From the NCBI GenBank assembly GCA_050174015.1, contig JBFXKG010000006.1:1-64000 (forward strand): a DNA stretch of 64,000 nt. The letters run 5' to 3'. Of the stretch, positions 40,041 to 49,816 are shown one piece after another. Numbering within the stretch: position 1 is the first letter of the stretch; each line of letters starts with the position of its first letter. Origin of the DNA: Candidatus Krumholzibacteriia bacterium. Lineage in GTDB: Bacteria; Krumholzibacteriota; Krumholzibacteriia; LZORAL124-64-63. Made by a program: the position numbers and the translations under genes. The notes beneath the pieces were generated by a model. The model made no database searches. It was given only the letters and a program-made list of their open reading frames with translations, and had not been told where the DNA came from.

Positions 40041-40242
40041 CTCAAGGACCTTCCGTTTCCGGTTGGAGTGTCCAGCGACCACCAAGGAACGCAAGGGGGA
40101 TGCCAAACCGGGCGGCTCCCATTTCATCCCTATTGCATTGTCTTTAAAAGGGTTGTAGTTTCCATGCAACGATCCACCGCACCAGTGCGAAGGACGGGTT
40201 CCGGTTCGTGGCCGGAATCCTGGCAGCGAAGGACGCCCACTC

Positions 40243-40890
40243 ATGCGAGAAACCGGCTCGGCGGACCCCGGCCTTCCGGACGAATTCCTGACCCTCGCGG
40301 GGCCCGGCGGGTCCGAGATCAAGATCCAGCGGTCCCGATTCCTGGGATTCGCCGCCCCCGCCCCGGACGAGACCGCAGCGCGGGAGTTCCTGGCGGATCT
40401 GACCAGGAGGTACCATGACGCTCGCCACCACTGCTCCGCCTGGCGGCTGGGACGTCCCCCTTCCGTCCAGGAGGTGCGCAACGACGCCGGGGAGCCGGCC
40501 GGCACCGCCGGCGAACCCATCCTCGCCGCCCTGCGCAGGATCGACGTCTCCGACGCGGCGTGCGTCGTGGTCAGGTATTTCGGGGGAGTCAAGCTGGGCA
40601 CCGGCGGTCTGGCCAGGGCCTACGGTGAGGCGGCCGCCGCCGCCGTGGCGGCGGCCGGCACGCGCACGATCCTGCTGGGTCGTAGGTTCGCCCTGCGTTT
40701 TCCCTACGCCCAGCAGAGGACGGTCTCCCACCTCCTGGTCCGGCACGGGGGCCGGGTGGAGCAGGAGGAGTTCGCAGCCGAGGTCCGGTGGATCGTGTGG
40801 CTCCCCCATTCCTGTTGGCGGGGATTCGCCTCCGCGCTGACCGAGGCCACGGCGGCTGCGGTGACGGCCGACCCCCTTCCCGACCCTTGA
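40243..40890 (+). CDS. YigZ/IMPACT family protein
   Basis: SRFLG, ARHHCSAWR, DAGEPAGTAG, VVRYFGGVKLGTGGLARAY. Confidence 0.93.
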   Translation: MRETGSADPGLPDEFLTLAGPGGSEIKIQRSRFLGFAAPAPDETAAREFLADLTRRYHDARHHCSAWRLGRPPSVQEVRNDAGEPAGTAGEPILAALRRIDVSDAACVVVRYFGGVKLGTGGLARAYGEAAAAAVAAAGTRTILLGRRFALRFPYAQQRTVSHLLVRHGGRVEQEEFAAEVRWIVWLPHSCWRGFASALTEATAAAVTADPLPDP

Positions 40891-40937
40891 GAACCCGGCC
40901 TGCCGGAGGAAGGGGTGGCCGCCGGGCGCCCATCGAA

Positions 40938-40970
40938 GAAACGGCCCCGGCTGATCGCCGGGGCCGTTTC
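40938..40970. terminator. Bidirectional terminator between the yigZ-like and sigma genes
   Basis: GAAACGGCCCCGG/CCGGGGCCGTTTC inverted repeat. Confidence 0.75.
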
Positions 40971-40998
40971 CGCTCGCCTCGTTGCAGGGGAACGCGGT

Positions 40999-41901
40999 CT
41001 AGAAGTGCGACTCTTCCGCGTAATCGTGCATGTACTTGAAGGCCTTGCTGGTGCGGATCTTCTCGAAGGCCTCTTCCTTGATCTGCCGGATCCGCTCGCG
41101 GGTCAGGCCCATGATCTGACCGATCTCCTCGAGGGTCATTTCATGGTCGGAGCCCAGGCCGTAGTACAGGCGCAGGACCTTGGCCTCACGCTCCTTGAGA
41201 TCGCCGAGCATCCGGTCGATGCTGCTGTTCAGGTCGTCGTCCATCACCTTGGTGTCGGGCCCCACGCCGGAGGTGTCCTCGAGGAAGTCCAGGTAGGTGC
41301 TGTCCTCGTCGTTGCCGACGAAGTCGTCCAGGAAGAAGTTGTCCTGCATCAGGGGCAGGGTGTCCTTCACTTCCTCGACCGACAGGCCCAGCTTGGCCGC
41401 GATCTCCTCGGGCTCCGGCTTGCGACGCAGCTTCTGCTGCAGCTCGCCGCTGGCCTTCTTGATCTGGTTCAGCACGCGGGCCCGGTTCAGGGGCATCCGG
41501 ACGATCTTGCTGTGGTTGGCCAGGGCCGCCAGGATGGACTGGCGGATCCACCAGACCGCGTAGCTGATGAACTTGTAGCCCCGGGTCTCGTCGAACCGCT
41601 GGGCGGCCTTCAGCAGGCCCAGGTTGCCCTCGTTGATCAGGTCCTCCAGGGGCACGCCGTAGTGGGCGTATTCCTTGGCGATGGACACGACGAAGCGCAG
41701 GTTGGCCTTGACCAGCTTGTGCAGGCTCTCGTTGTCGTTGGTATGGATCCCGCGGGCCAGTTCGCATTCCTCGTCCCGGGTCAGCAGCGAATAGGCTTTG
41801 ACTTCCTGGAAATAGAGATCCAGGTTGCTCATGAGCTGGGCCGCGGGAGCGGCAGCCTTGTGGCTCTTCTTGCCCTGGCTGCTTTTTTCGATCTTGGCCA
41901 T
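40999..41901 (-). CDS. RNA polymerase sigma-70 factor, short RpoD/SigA family (no region 1.1)
   Basis: ANLRFVVSIAK, DLINEGNLGL, KFISYAVWWIRQ, TLEEIG..LTRERIRQI. Confidence 0.93.
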   Translation of the reverse strand: MAKIEKSSQGKKSHKAAAPAAQLMSNLDLYFQEVKAYSLLTRDEECELARGIHTNDNESLHKLVKANLRFVVSIAKEYAHYGVPLEDLINEGNLGLLKAAQRFDETRGYKFISYAVWWIRQSILAALANHSKIVRMPLNRARVLNQIKKASGELQQKLRRKPEPEEIAAKLGLSVEEVKDTLPLMQDNFFLDDFVGNDEDSTYLDFLEDTSGVGPDTKVMDDDLNSSIDRMLGDLKEREAKVLRLYYGLGSDHEMTLEEIGQIMGLTRERIRQIKEEAFEKIRTSKAFKYMHDYAEESHF

Positions 41902-42225
41902 TTTATTTCCTCTCCTGGGGGTCTTTTGATCCCCCGTTCGAGTGATCGTCGACGCGGTGGGGGTATGCTTTTGACGGACCATTTACAAGTCCCGTTCCAC
42001 AAACAGGAGTTTCCTGTACTTTTTTAGCAACATGCAAATCATTCATTGACAAAGAGTTAAAAATTTCAACAAATGCTGTCCCGATAAACGAACCCGAATT
42101 CCATCCCGGGATTGACATTTTGACAAAACACCCCCCTGGAGGCCCGGCCACATTGTCAAATCCTTTTTTGGCGAGCCAACTGGAGGTCCGGGTGATAGGA
42201 TGACGGTCGAGCTCTGACGGGAGGG

Positions 42226-44409
42226 ATGAGGATGACCCGCGATGCAGGCAACCGACAGGAATTCCAGGTGAATAGTCGAGCGAAGACCTCGGGGCGGATC
42301 TGTCTGGCGGCAAGCTGCCTCGCTTTTTGCGGTTTGGTCGTTCTGTTCTCCCACCACTCCCTGAGCGACCTGGACATCTGGTTCCACTGGCGGGCCGGCC
42401 AGGATATCCTCGCCGGGGAATTCCCCCGGACCAACCACTACTCCTTCAGCGAGCCGGACCGGCCCTGGACGAACCACGAGTGGCTCTTCCAGGTCCTCGT
42501 GGGGATGGTCGGCCGGGCCGGCCAGGGCCGGGACGCGGCTCCCTCTCCGGAAAACCTCGCCGAGGCCTGGAACGCCCTCAGGACGTTCCTGGCCCTCATC
42601 CTCGCCCTGGTGATCCTGCGCCCGGTTGTTTTCCCGGCGCCCACCGGCCGCGGATCACCGGGCCCCCGGACCTGGCTGGTGGCGGTCATGCTGGCGGGAC
42701 TGGGCACCCTCTGGACCCGGTTGACCCTGAGGCCCGAACTGGTGTCCTCCATCCTGTTGATCCTGGTCCTGGACGATCTGGAGGAGGAACTCCGGCAGGG
42801 CAGCGGAAACCGGCCCTGGTGGGACCTTCGGGGCGCCGGCGCGCGCATCCCCTTGTGGACCCTGTTGTGGGCCCAGTTCCACGGGTTCGCGGCCCTGGCC
42901 CCTGTCCTGGTCCTGGGCGCCGGAATCCTGAATCCCCTGCAGCGTCGCATCGACGGGGGAGCCCGTGGGGGCCGCGGCCGGAGGCTCGTCCTGATCGGCG
43001 GAGCGACCCTGGTCGCCCTGCTGCTCACCCCCGGGGGAATCCAGGGATTCCTCTATCCCCTGCAGGCAGCCGGCCAGTTCGGGAGCGGCCGGGTGGATCT
43101 GAGGGGCACCATCAGCGAACTCGTCCCCCTGTTCTCCTCTCCCAACAGCCTGCACGCCACCCTGGGCTGGTACCTGGCCGCCCTGGCTGGGGGACTGGTC
43201 TGGCTCCTGGCGACCTGGCCCCGGGTCCCCCTCCTGCGGGCGCTTATCTTCTGCCTCGCGGCCTGGGCGGCCCTGATGACCCAGCGCAGCCTCGGAATGT
43301 TCGGGCTGGCGTTCATGATCCTGTGGCGCAGCGGCCTGCCGGAGGGTTCCCGGCTTCTCGGCCGGCTCCGCGCGAGCCCCCTCGCCGCCCGGGAAACCCC
43401 GGTCGCCGCGGCCGGAGCGGCCGTGTGCCTCGGGGCCGCCGTTCTGGCCGCCATCCCGCTCGTCGCGGACGGATTCTACCTGGGCGAGGGCGTGGCCCGA
43501 AGGTTCGGGTCCGGCCTCACTCCCGCCCAGCAACCGGTGGCGGCGATGGAGGTCCTGGCCGAAAAGCCGTCGGACCGCCTGTTCGCCAACATCGACGCGG
43601 CGGGCTTCGTGCTGGGCAACACGGGTTCGCGGGTCTTCGTCGACGGCCGCACGGAGGCCTATTCCGACCGGACGTGGTCCCGCTATCTGGCCATCAAGCA
43701 GGCGGGACCCGCGGGGCTCCGGGAACTCGCGGCCGCCGAACCCGGCGCCGTCTGCCTGGCCCTGGCCGGGGGAGCCTTCAAGCCGCTGGCCAGGGACCTC
43801 CTCGCAGGCGGCTCCTGGCGGCTGGCCGCCGCGGACGCCGGCGGCATCCTGTGGGACGAGGGCGGCGACCCCGGGCACCAGGACGCGCCGGGCGTGCTCC
43901 GGGAGGCGGGCCTCAAGGCCCTGGCCGACGCCGGGGCCCAAACCGCGTCGGCCCGGCGGGCGGATCTCGCCGTCGCCGCTGCCGGACTGTTCCAGCTGGC
44001 GGGGGACGACGGGAGCCGGCTGGAAGCCCTGCGCCAGGCGGTCGCGGCCCGGGGCGACCATCCCCTGGCGCTGCACAATCTCGGCAACGCCTTGCTGGAG
44101 CGGAGGGAATTCCGGGAAGCCGGTCCCCTTTTCGAGGCTGCGGTGGCCGCCAATCCCCGGCTCGCGGGCAGCGCCCTGAACGCCGGAGTCTGCCGCCTGC
44201 AGCTCGAGGAACATGGACCGGCGGCCGAGTGGTTCGAGCGGGCCCTGGACATCGACGGGGAGTCCTTCCAGGCCTGGGCCAACCTCGGGGCCGCGCGCCT
44301 GGCCCTGGGGGACGAGGACGGGGCGGTCGCCGCCCTGGAAAAGGCTCTGGCGATCCGCCCCGGCGAGGAGCGATTGCGCAGCAGACTGGAACAGCTGCGG
44401 CGGCGGTGA
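42226..44409 (+). CDS. Polytopic membrane protein with C-terminal TPRs (possible GT-C fold)
   Basis: DLDIWFHWRAG, NHEWLFQ, RPEL, WAQFHG, FVDGR, then TPRs (HNLGNAL, WANLGA). Start uncertain. Confidence 0.75.
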   Translation: MRMTRDAGNRQEFQVNSRAKTSGRICLAASCLAFCGLVVLFSHHSLSDLDIWFHWRAGQDILAGEFPRTNHYSFSEPDRPWTNHEWLFQVLVGMVGRAGQGRDAAPSPENLAEAWNALRTFLALILALVILRPVVFPAPTGRGSPGPRTWLVAVMLAGLGTLWTRLTLRPELVSSILLILVLDDLEEELRQGSGNRPWWDLRGAGARIPLWTLLWAQFHGFAALAPVLVLGAGILNPLQRRIDGGARGGRGRRLVLIGGATLVALLLTPGGIQGFLYPLQAAGQFGSGRVDLRGTISELVPLFSSPNSLHATLGWYLAALAGGLVWLLATWPRVPLLRALIFCLAAWAALMTQRSLGMFGLAFMILWRSGLPEGSRLLGRLRASPLAARETPVAAAGAAVCLGAAVLAAIPLVADGFYLGEGVARRFGSGLTPAQQPVAAMEVLAEKPSDRLFANIDAAGFVLGNTGSRVFVDGRTEAYSDRTWSRYLAIKQAGPAGLRELAAAEPGAVCLALAGGAFKPLARDLLAGGSWRLAAADAGGILWDEGGDPGHQDAPGVLREAGLKALADAGAQTASARRADLAVAAAGLFQLAGDDGSRLEALRQAVAARGDHPLALHNLGNALLERREFREAGPLFEAAVAANPRLAGSALNAGVCRLQLEEHGPAAEWFERALDIDGESFQAWANLGAARLALGDEDGAVAALEKALAIRPGEERLRSRLEQLRRR

Positions 44410-44419
44410 TCGACCGTGG

Positions 44420-45841
44420 CTAGGACCTGACCTCGACCCGGTACTTGAGTTCGGCCTTCCCCCCCGCCTTGACGGGGACCTGGAATCCCAGTTCGGTTGC
44501 GCTCAGACGGGCGGCCGGATGCGTGGATTCGATCACCTCCCAATCTCCACCCACCGGCTCGACGACGTCAACGACCACATCGTCTTCCCTGTGATTCCTG
44601 ATGGTGATCGTGAAGGCGTACCGGAACAGCTTCTCGGCCACCTTGCGGCTCTCGTCCCTGACCCGTTCGGCCACCAGGTCGAAAGCCTGGCCCACCGTCA
44701 GCTCCACCGTCTCGTCGCGGGGCGTGTGCCCGATCCTGTCCTCGCCCAGCAACTGGCGCGAGCCGTCGGCCGACTGCCCGTAGACCCGGAACACGCCCGC
44801 CGGCAACGGCAGACCGAGGTTGTTCCCCTCCGCGTTCTCGAAGCTGTAGCTGACGTCGATCTTCGTGTCGTCCTTCAACCAGCCTTGGCCGCGGAAGAGA
44901 TGGGATCCCGCCCGCAGCCGGTAGTGCTTCGCCAGCTTGATGCCCTCGGCCTCGAACAGGGAGATCTGCTTGATCTGCTGATCGAGAAGGTCGGTGGGAC
45001 GGTCCAGGGTGTAGAGGTGGTAATCGTAGAGGGTCTCCTCGGTGAACTTGGGGGCGCCGCCCTCGGCCATGCTCATGACCATCATGTCCCGCATGACCTC
45101 GGGACCCGGGGCGGCCCGGTTGACGTCACCGGCCACCAGGAGCAGCTTGGCACCCGGGAATCCCGCCCCGGACCTGTTTTCCACGCTCACCCAGGCCTGG
45201 AGATCGCCGGACTTCCCCTTCCCGTCCAGTTGCAGGACGTAGTCCGCATTCCAGGACAGGCCACCCGTCAGGTAGGAGGTCTCCACCGTCGCCTCCCCCG
45301 CCTCATCGGCGTGGGCCCGCCAGACCAGGGTGGGTCGCGCCCGCAGATTCGCCGGCAGGTCGGGCAGCACGATCCGGCCGGGAACCTCGAACTGGATCTC
45401 CCCGGCCACCTCGAAGACAGGGCCGGCGTTCATCCCAAGGAGGACGCCCTCGATGCGGGACCCGTCCTCCTGGACCCAGGCCACGGGACGCCCAACGTAC
45501 TTCTGCAGGATCTTCTCCCGCGACATCAGATCGAACTCGTAGTTCTGCTCGTAGATGGCCAGGCCCGACCGCCGGTCCCCCTCCACCAGCAGGGTCACCG
45601 GATTGATGGCCGAGGGCACTTCCCGGTACTCGAGGGTGAACTCGCCCGCCGGCAGGTCGACGGTCCTGATCTCCCGGACCAGGGCCAGATTCCGGTTGTA
45701 GACGGTGATGTCCACGCGGGTCCGGTCGCTGGAATCGGAACTCAGCAGGGGGGCGTCCCCGGCGGCTCCCTCCCCCGCCGCCGTCAGGACGGCGACGGCC
45801 AGCGTCGCCAGAATCAGACCGAATTTGCGCGTGATACCCAT
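44420..45841 (-). CDS. DUF4139 domain-containing secreted protein
   Basis: ITVYNRNLALVRE, EQNYEFDL, SYLTGGLSWNADY, GLPLPAG. Confidence 0.88.
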   Translation of the reverse strand: MGITRKFGLILATLAVAVLTAAGEGAAGDAPLLSSDSSDRTRVDITVYNRNLALVREIRTVDLPAGEFTLEYREVPSAINPVTLLVEGDRRSGLAIYEQNYEFDLMSREKILQKYVGRPVAWVQEDGSRIEGVLLGMNAGPVFEVAGEIQFEVPGRIVLPDLPANLRARPTLVWRAHADEAGEATVETSYLTGGLSWNADYVLQLDGKGKSGDLQAWVSVENRSGAGFPGAKLLLVAGDVNRAAPGPEVMRDMMVMSMAEGGAPKFTEETLYDYHLYTLDRPTDLLDQQIKQISLFEAEGIKLAKHYRLRAGSHLFRGQGWLKDDTKIDVSYSFENAEGNNLGLPLPAGVFRVYGQSADGSRQLLGEDRIGHTPRDETVELTVGQAFDLVAERVRDESRKVAEKLFRYAFTITIRNHREDDVVVDVVEPVGGDWEVIESTHPAARLSATELGFQVPVKAGGKAELKYRVEVRS

Positions 45842-46047
45842 GGTTTCCCTCCCTGCCGATATCCCCGGGCATCCCCGCCGCGCTGCCGGGGGTCGGGGCG
45901 GCGGATCGGGTCCAAGGGCGGTACTAAAGTTCGCCTGGATCATGTCGATCAAGGTATGGACCTGTTTCAACAGGTATACAACAATTGCGTTCCCGGTGTC
46001 GAAGGAATCCCTGCGGCGCCGCGATCCCGCACTTGCGGAGGTACACG

Positions 46048-46422
46048 TTGGGCAACACCGTCCTCATCGTCGATGACGCAGAATTCATGCGGGTCATGCT
46101 CCGTGATATCGTGGAGGACATGGGCCTGGTCGTGGTGGGCGAAGCGGGCGACGGCGAGGAGGCCGTCCAGCAGTTCGAACGCCTGCGCCCCGACCTGGTC
46201 CTGCTGGACATCACCATGCCGACCCTGGATGGGACCGAGGCCCTGAAGGACATCCTGAACGTGGATGGGGACGCCCGCGTGATCATGATCACGGCCCTGG
46301 GCCAGAAGGAACAGGTCATCGCGGCGCTCAAGGCCGGAGCCAGGGACTTCATCATCAAGCCCTTCGACCAGGAGCGGGTGACCGAGACCCTGGAGCACTT
46401 CCTGGCCACCAGCCCCTGCTGA
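46048..46422 (+). CDS. Stand-alone CheY-like response regulator
   Basis: VLIVDD, LLDITMP, MITALG, FIIKPF. TTG start after GGAGG. Confidence 0.9.
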   Translation: MGNTVLIVDDAEFMRVMLRDIVEDMGLVVVGEAGDGEEAVQQFERLRPDLVLLDITMPTLDGTEALKDILNVDGDARVIMITALGQKEQVIAALKAGARDFIIKPFDQERVTETLEHFLATSPC

Positions 46423-46433
46423 AAGACCCCCGG

Positions 46434-47225
46434 TCAGAAGACCAGCAGAAGCAGGGATGCCAACCCCACGGCCACGCAATAGAAGCCGAACTTCCAGAAG
46501 TGCGCCTGCACCACCGCCAGGGCCGTCAGCCTGATCGCCACCAGTCCCACCAGGAACGCCGTGAGCGCCGACAGGGCGAAGGGGACGGTGTCCGCGCCGG
46601 TCGCGGTCACCCCGTCCACGAGGTTGAGGACCAGCGCTCCCAGGATGGCCGGCACCGCCAGCAGGAAGCTGAATCGCGCCGCTTCCTCCCGGACCAATCC
46701 CAGCCACAACGAAGCGGCGATGGTCGAACCCGACCGGCTGATGCCAGGGCAGATGGCCGCCGCCTGCGCGCACCCGATGAGGAAGGCCTTGCCCAGGTGA
46801 GGGGGGCGGGGTTCCCACTCCGCCCGGGCCGGAGCGCGCCCGCCCCGGGCGTATCGGGTGGAGAACAGCAGGGCTGCCGTCACCAGCAACGCCGCGGCGG
46901 GATAGATCGGTTTCTGATAGAGACCCTCGAAGAAATCCTTGAAAAGCAACCCCGCGAACACCGCCGGGATCGTCCCCACCCCCAGGGCGACGACGTAAGC
47001 GACGGCCGCCCGGTCCAGGCGGAGCAGACGCAGGAGTTCCCGCCGGTAGACCACGATCACCGACCCCAGGGTCCCCACGTGCAGGAGCACGTCGAAGAAC
47101 ACGTCCCCTTCCCTGGTGGCGAGGAAATGCTGGAGCAGGACCAGATGGCCGGAACTGCTGACGGGCAGGAATTCGGTCAAACCCTGGGTCGCCGCCAGGA
47201 TCAGGAGATTGATGATTTCGGGCAA
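46434..47225 (-). CDS. uppP: Undecaprenyl-diphosphate phosphatase
   Basis: QGLTEFLPVSSSGH and PGISRSGSTI motifs. Confidence 0.95.
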   Translation of the reverse strand: MPEIINLLILAATQGLTEFLPVSSSGHLVLLQHFLATREGDVFFDVLLHVGTLGSVIVVYRRELLRLLRLDRAAVAYVVALGVGTIPAVFAGLLFKDFFEGLYQKPIYPAAALLVTAALLFSTRYARGGRAPARAEWEPRPPHLGKAFLIGCAQAAAICPGISRSGSTIAASLWLGLVREEAARFSFLLAVPAILGALVLNLVDGVTATGADTVPFALSALTAFLVGLVAIRLTALAVVQAHFWKFGFYCVAVGLASLLLLVF

Positions 47226-47294
47226 GTCCGCATCCTTCGGTCGGGTGGTCGGGGGTCGAGAGCCGGATCAGGGGTCGGCCAGGGAATCGGCGGG

Positions 47295-48161
47295 TCAGCC
47301 GTCCCGGCCCGAGGCCCGGGACTGCCCGTAATGCAGCCGGGCTTCCTGGTGCATGCCCAGGGCGTCGCAGGTCAGGGCCAGTTGATAATGCAGGCGGCCG
47401 TCCTCGGGAAAGAATTCCAGGGCCTTTTCGAGGCTGCGCTTGGCCTCGGCGAAGTGCTCCAGCTTGTGCTGGCAGGTTCCCAGGTGGTAGGGGATCCGGA
47501 CCAGCCTGGCGTCCAGTTCCCAGGCCCGGTCGAAGCTGCGGCAGGCCTCCCGGTAGTTACCGCTCTTCATCAGGCACAGGCCGCAGTAGTAGTGGCCCCG
47601 GGCGAACGTCCCATCCCGCTCCACGCACTGGCGGAAACAGCTCAGGGCCTCCCCGTACTCCTCGTGCGCGTAGTGGACCAGTCCCAGGTTGAGATATCCC
47701 TCGGCATCGGGATCCAGGGCGATGGCCGCCTCGAAGGCCCGGATGGCCTCGGTCCGCCTGCCCTGTTCGGCATAGATCGCACCCAGGTTGTGGTTGGCCA
47801 CCGCGGTGCCCCGGCCGTCGAGGTTGGCCTTCTTGTAGGCCCGGATGGCCTCCTCCCGCCGCCCTTGACGGTCCAGGGCGACGCCCAGATTGGTCAGGTA
47901 GGCGCTGTTGGCCGGGTCGTGGTCGAGGGCCTCCAGGAAGGCCGTTTCCGCCTCGCTCGCCCGGCCCTGTTTCAGGAAAGAGCAGCCCAGCCGGTAAAGC
48001 CAGCGGTGATCCCGGGGTCCAAGGTCCAGACCCGCGAGGTAGGCCGCGCAGGCCTCGGCGAAGCGGCCGCCCTTCTCCAGGCTGCGGCCCTCCTCGAAAA
48101 GCTCTGCACTGGTCCGGGGTCCGGTCCCGCTAGGGGTGATGTCCTGCCTGGGTGTCTCCAT
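47295..48161 (-). CDS. Cytoplasmic TPR-repeat protein
   Basis: Tandem TPRs (YRLG, TNLG, HNLG, LNLG, YHLG); no signal peptide. Confidence 0.88.
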   Translation of the reverse strand: METPRQDITPSGTGPRTSAELFEEGRSLEKGGRFAEACAAYLAGLDLGPRDHRWLYRLGCSFLKQGRASEAETAFLEALDHDPANSAYLTNLGVALDRQGRREEAIRAYKKANLDGRGTAVANHNLGAIYAEQGRRTEAIRAFEAAIALDPDAEGYLNLGLVHYAHEEYGEALSCFRQCVERDGTFARGHYYCGLCLMKSGNYREACRSFDRAWELDARLVRIPYHLGTCQHKLEHFAEAKRSLEKALEFFPEDGRLHYQLALTCDALGMHQEARLHYGQSRASGRDG

Positions 48162-48224
48162 GGCTGGAACTCTAATCCAGCGGCGCCCGGTGGTCAACGC
48201 CCGTCAGGGCACGACCCGCCGGGC

Positions 48225-49052
48225 TCAGTCCTCGATCTGGACCTCGAGCAGGATCCTGAGCTGGCCCTTGTGGTTCTGGAGGAGCCGGCGGGGAATGCGA
48301 ACCGGGACCACCAGGGGCGGGCTCATTTCGTTGTAGATGGCCTCGCTGCGCAACCGGGTCGAGTCGATGGGCTCGCGGCCGGGAACCGGCGGCCCGTTGT
48401 CGAACCCCAGGGTTTCGGCCGGGAGGTCACGGACGTGGGAGGCCTGGACCATGGAGACCTCGAGGGAATCGTGGTCATCCAGCCTGCTGCGCTTCTCGTT
48501 GATGTGGTTGATGGCCAGGCCCAGGACCGCCTTGAGCGTCTCCCTGACTCCCTCGCCCTTCAGGGTGTTGGAGGGGAACGAGAGCAGGCCCCAGGGGTTG
48601 AGCAGGGATTCGAGCCTGTCGACCGAGATCGCCTCCCCGGTGGGGCGGCGGTTGTACTGCAGGACCACCGGGACCCGCATCAGGTCCAGGCCCCAGGTAT
48701 CCAGGAAGGTCTTGAGGGATTCGAAGGCGGCCAGCGACTGATCCAGCTGCGAGGCCACCGACGGCACCACGAAGATGACTCCGTCGAAAGGTGGCCGTTC
48801 CATCATCCCGGCGGCGCGGAATCGTTCCTTGCCCACGTCCACCGCCTGGACCAGCACCTGCCACTCGCTCTTCCCTTCCTGGCGGAACTTGAAGGCGATC
48901 TGGCGCTCCGGGTCGTCGGTGGCCACCACCAGCCGCTGTTCGGGCGGTATGAACTGGTGGATGAGCCGCAGGTTCTCCCGCTTGCCGGTTCCCGGCTGCC
49001 CGTAATAGAGCAGTCTGCAGGTCCTGGTGGCTGTCAGCGATGCTGTGGTCAC
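48225..49052 (-). CDS. MglA-like small GTPase with degenerate G-motifs and a C-terminal extension
   Basis: LLYYGQPGTGKRENL, DGVIFV, PVVLQYNRR, GEGVRETLK resemble MglA. GTG start inferred. Confidence 0.75.
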   Translation of the reverse strand: MTTASLTATRTCRLLYYGQPGTGKRENLRLIHQFIPPEQRLVVATDDPERQIAFKFRQEGKSEWQVLVQAVDVGKERFRAAGMMERPPFDGVIFVVPSVASQLDQSLAAFESLKTFLDTWGLDLMRVPVVLQYNRRPTGEAISVDRLESLLNPWGLLSFPSNTLKGEGVRETLKAVLGLAINHINEKRSRLDDHDSLEVSMVQASHVRDLPAETLGFDNGPPVPGREPIDSTRLRSEAIYNEMSPPLVVPVRIPRRLLQNHKGQLRILLEVQIED

Positions 49053-49308
49053 GAGGGATTCTCCCTGGATCCGGCGATGCCGCTGCGAAAAGAACGCCTC
49101 TTGGCTTCCATTTACCCTCGAAGCAAGGGATATGCCACTTGTTTGGGGGGTTCCGGGAGGCGGATCAGGGCCCTTTCCGGAAAAGTCCCAAGTTGGGCAA
49201 GCATTTTGCAATACCCCGGTCGGAAGGAACCCGGGTCCATCCCGCACCCCCGTTTTTCCGCCCCCAGGGAGCGGTTAACCGGCCGAACCGGCAACCAGGA
49301 GTGGCCAG

Positions 49309-49749
49309 ATGACCACCAATACCGACAAGATCCTCAATACCATGTTTTCCCGCCTCCTCCAGATGAAGGTGGACGACAACCTGGCCGCCAAGCTCTGCGC
49401 GGTCATCGACAGCGTGACGGACAAGGTGGGCGGCAACTTCGATCTCGAGACCGTCCAGGGGCAGAACACTTTCCGGGCCCTGCTTTGCTCCATGGTGGTC
49501 CACGGCTGGGGCAACGGCATGCACCCCTTCCACAATCCCTGCGAGAACGAGGAAGGCCGGGCCATCGAGGTCAGGGTCTCCAAGGACATCCTGATGTCGA
49601 TGGAGGATCTGCAGAGCCTCAGGTACGTCAAGAAGGACGAGCACGGCAGGGTCAAGCAGGCCCTGTTCGAGCCGGACCAGAACGTCCGGGTGCGGCAGCA
49701 GATCGACGACATCCTCGGGGAGATCAGCCGCAACAAGTGGGGGGCCTGA
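49309..49749 (+). CDS. Hypothetical protein (146 aa)
   Basis: AGGAG RBS, GC3-rich codons, followed by a hairpin at 49774-49794. No family recognised. Confidence 0.8.
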   Translation: MTTNTDKILNTMFSRLLQMKVDDNLAAKLCAVIDSVTDKVGGNFDLETVQGQNTFRALLCSMVVHGWGNGMHPFHNPCENEEGRAIEVRVSKDILMSMEDLQSLRYVKKDEHGRVKQALFEPDQNVRVRQQIDDILGEISRNKWGA

Positions 49750-49816
49750 CCCCGGACCTCATGACGCCAAGAAGCCCGGGCCGTCGGCCCGGGCCCCTTG
49801 GCGCGCCCTGGATGAA

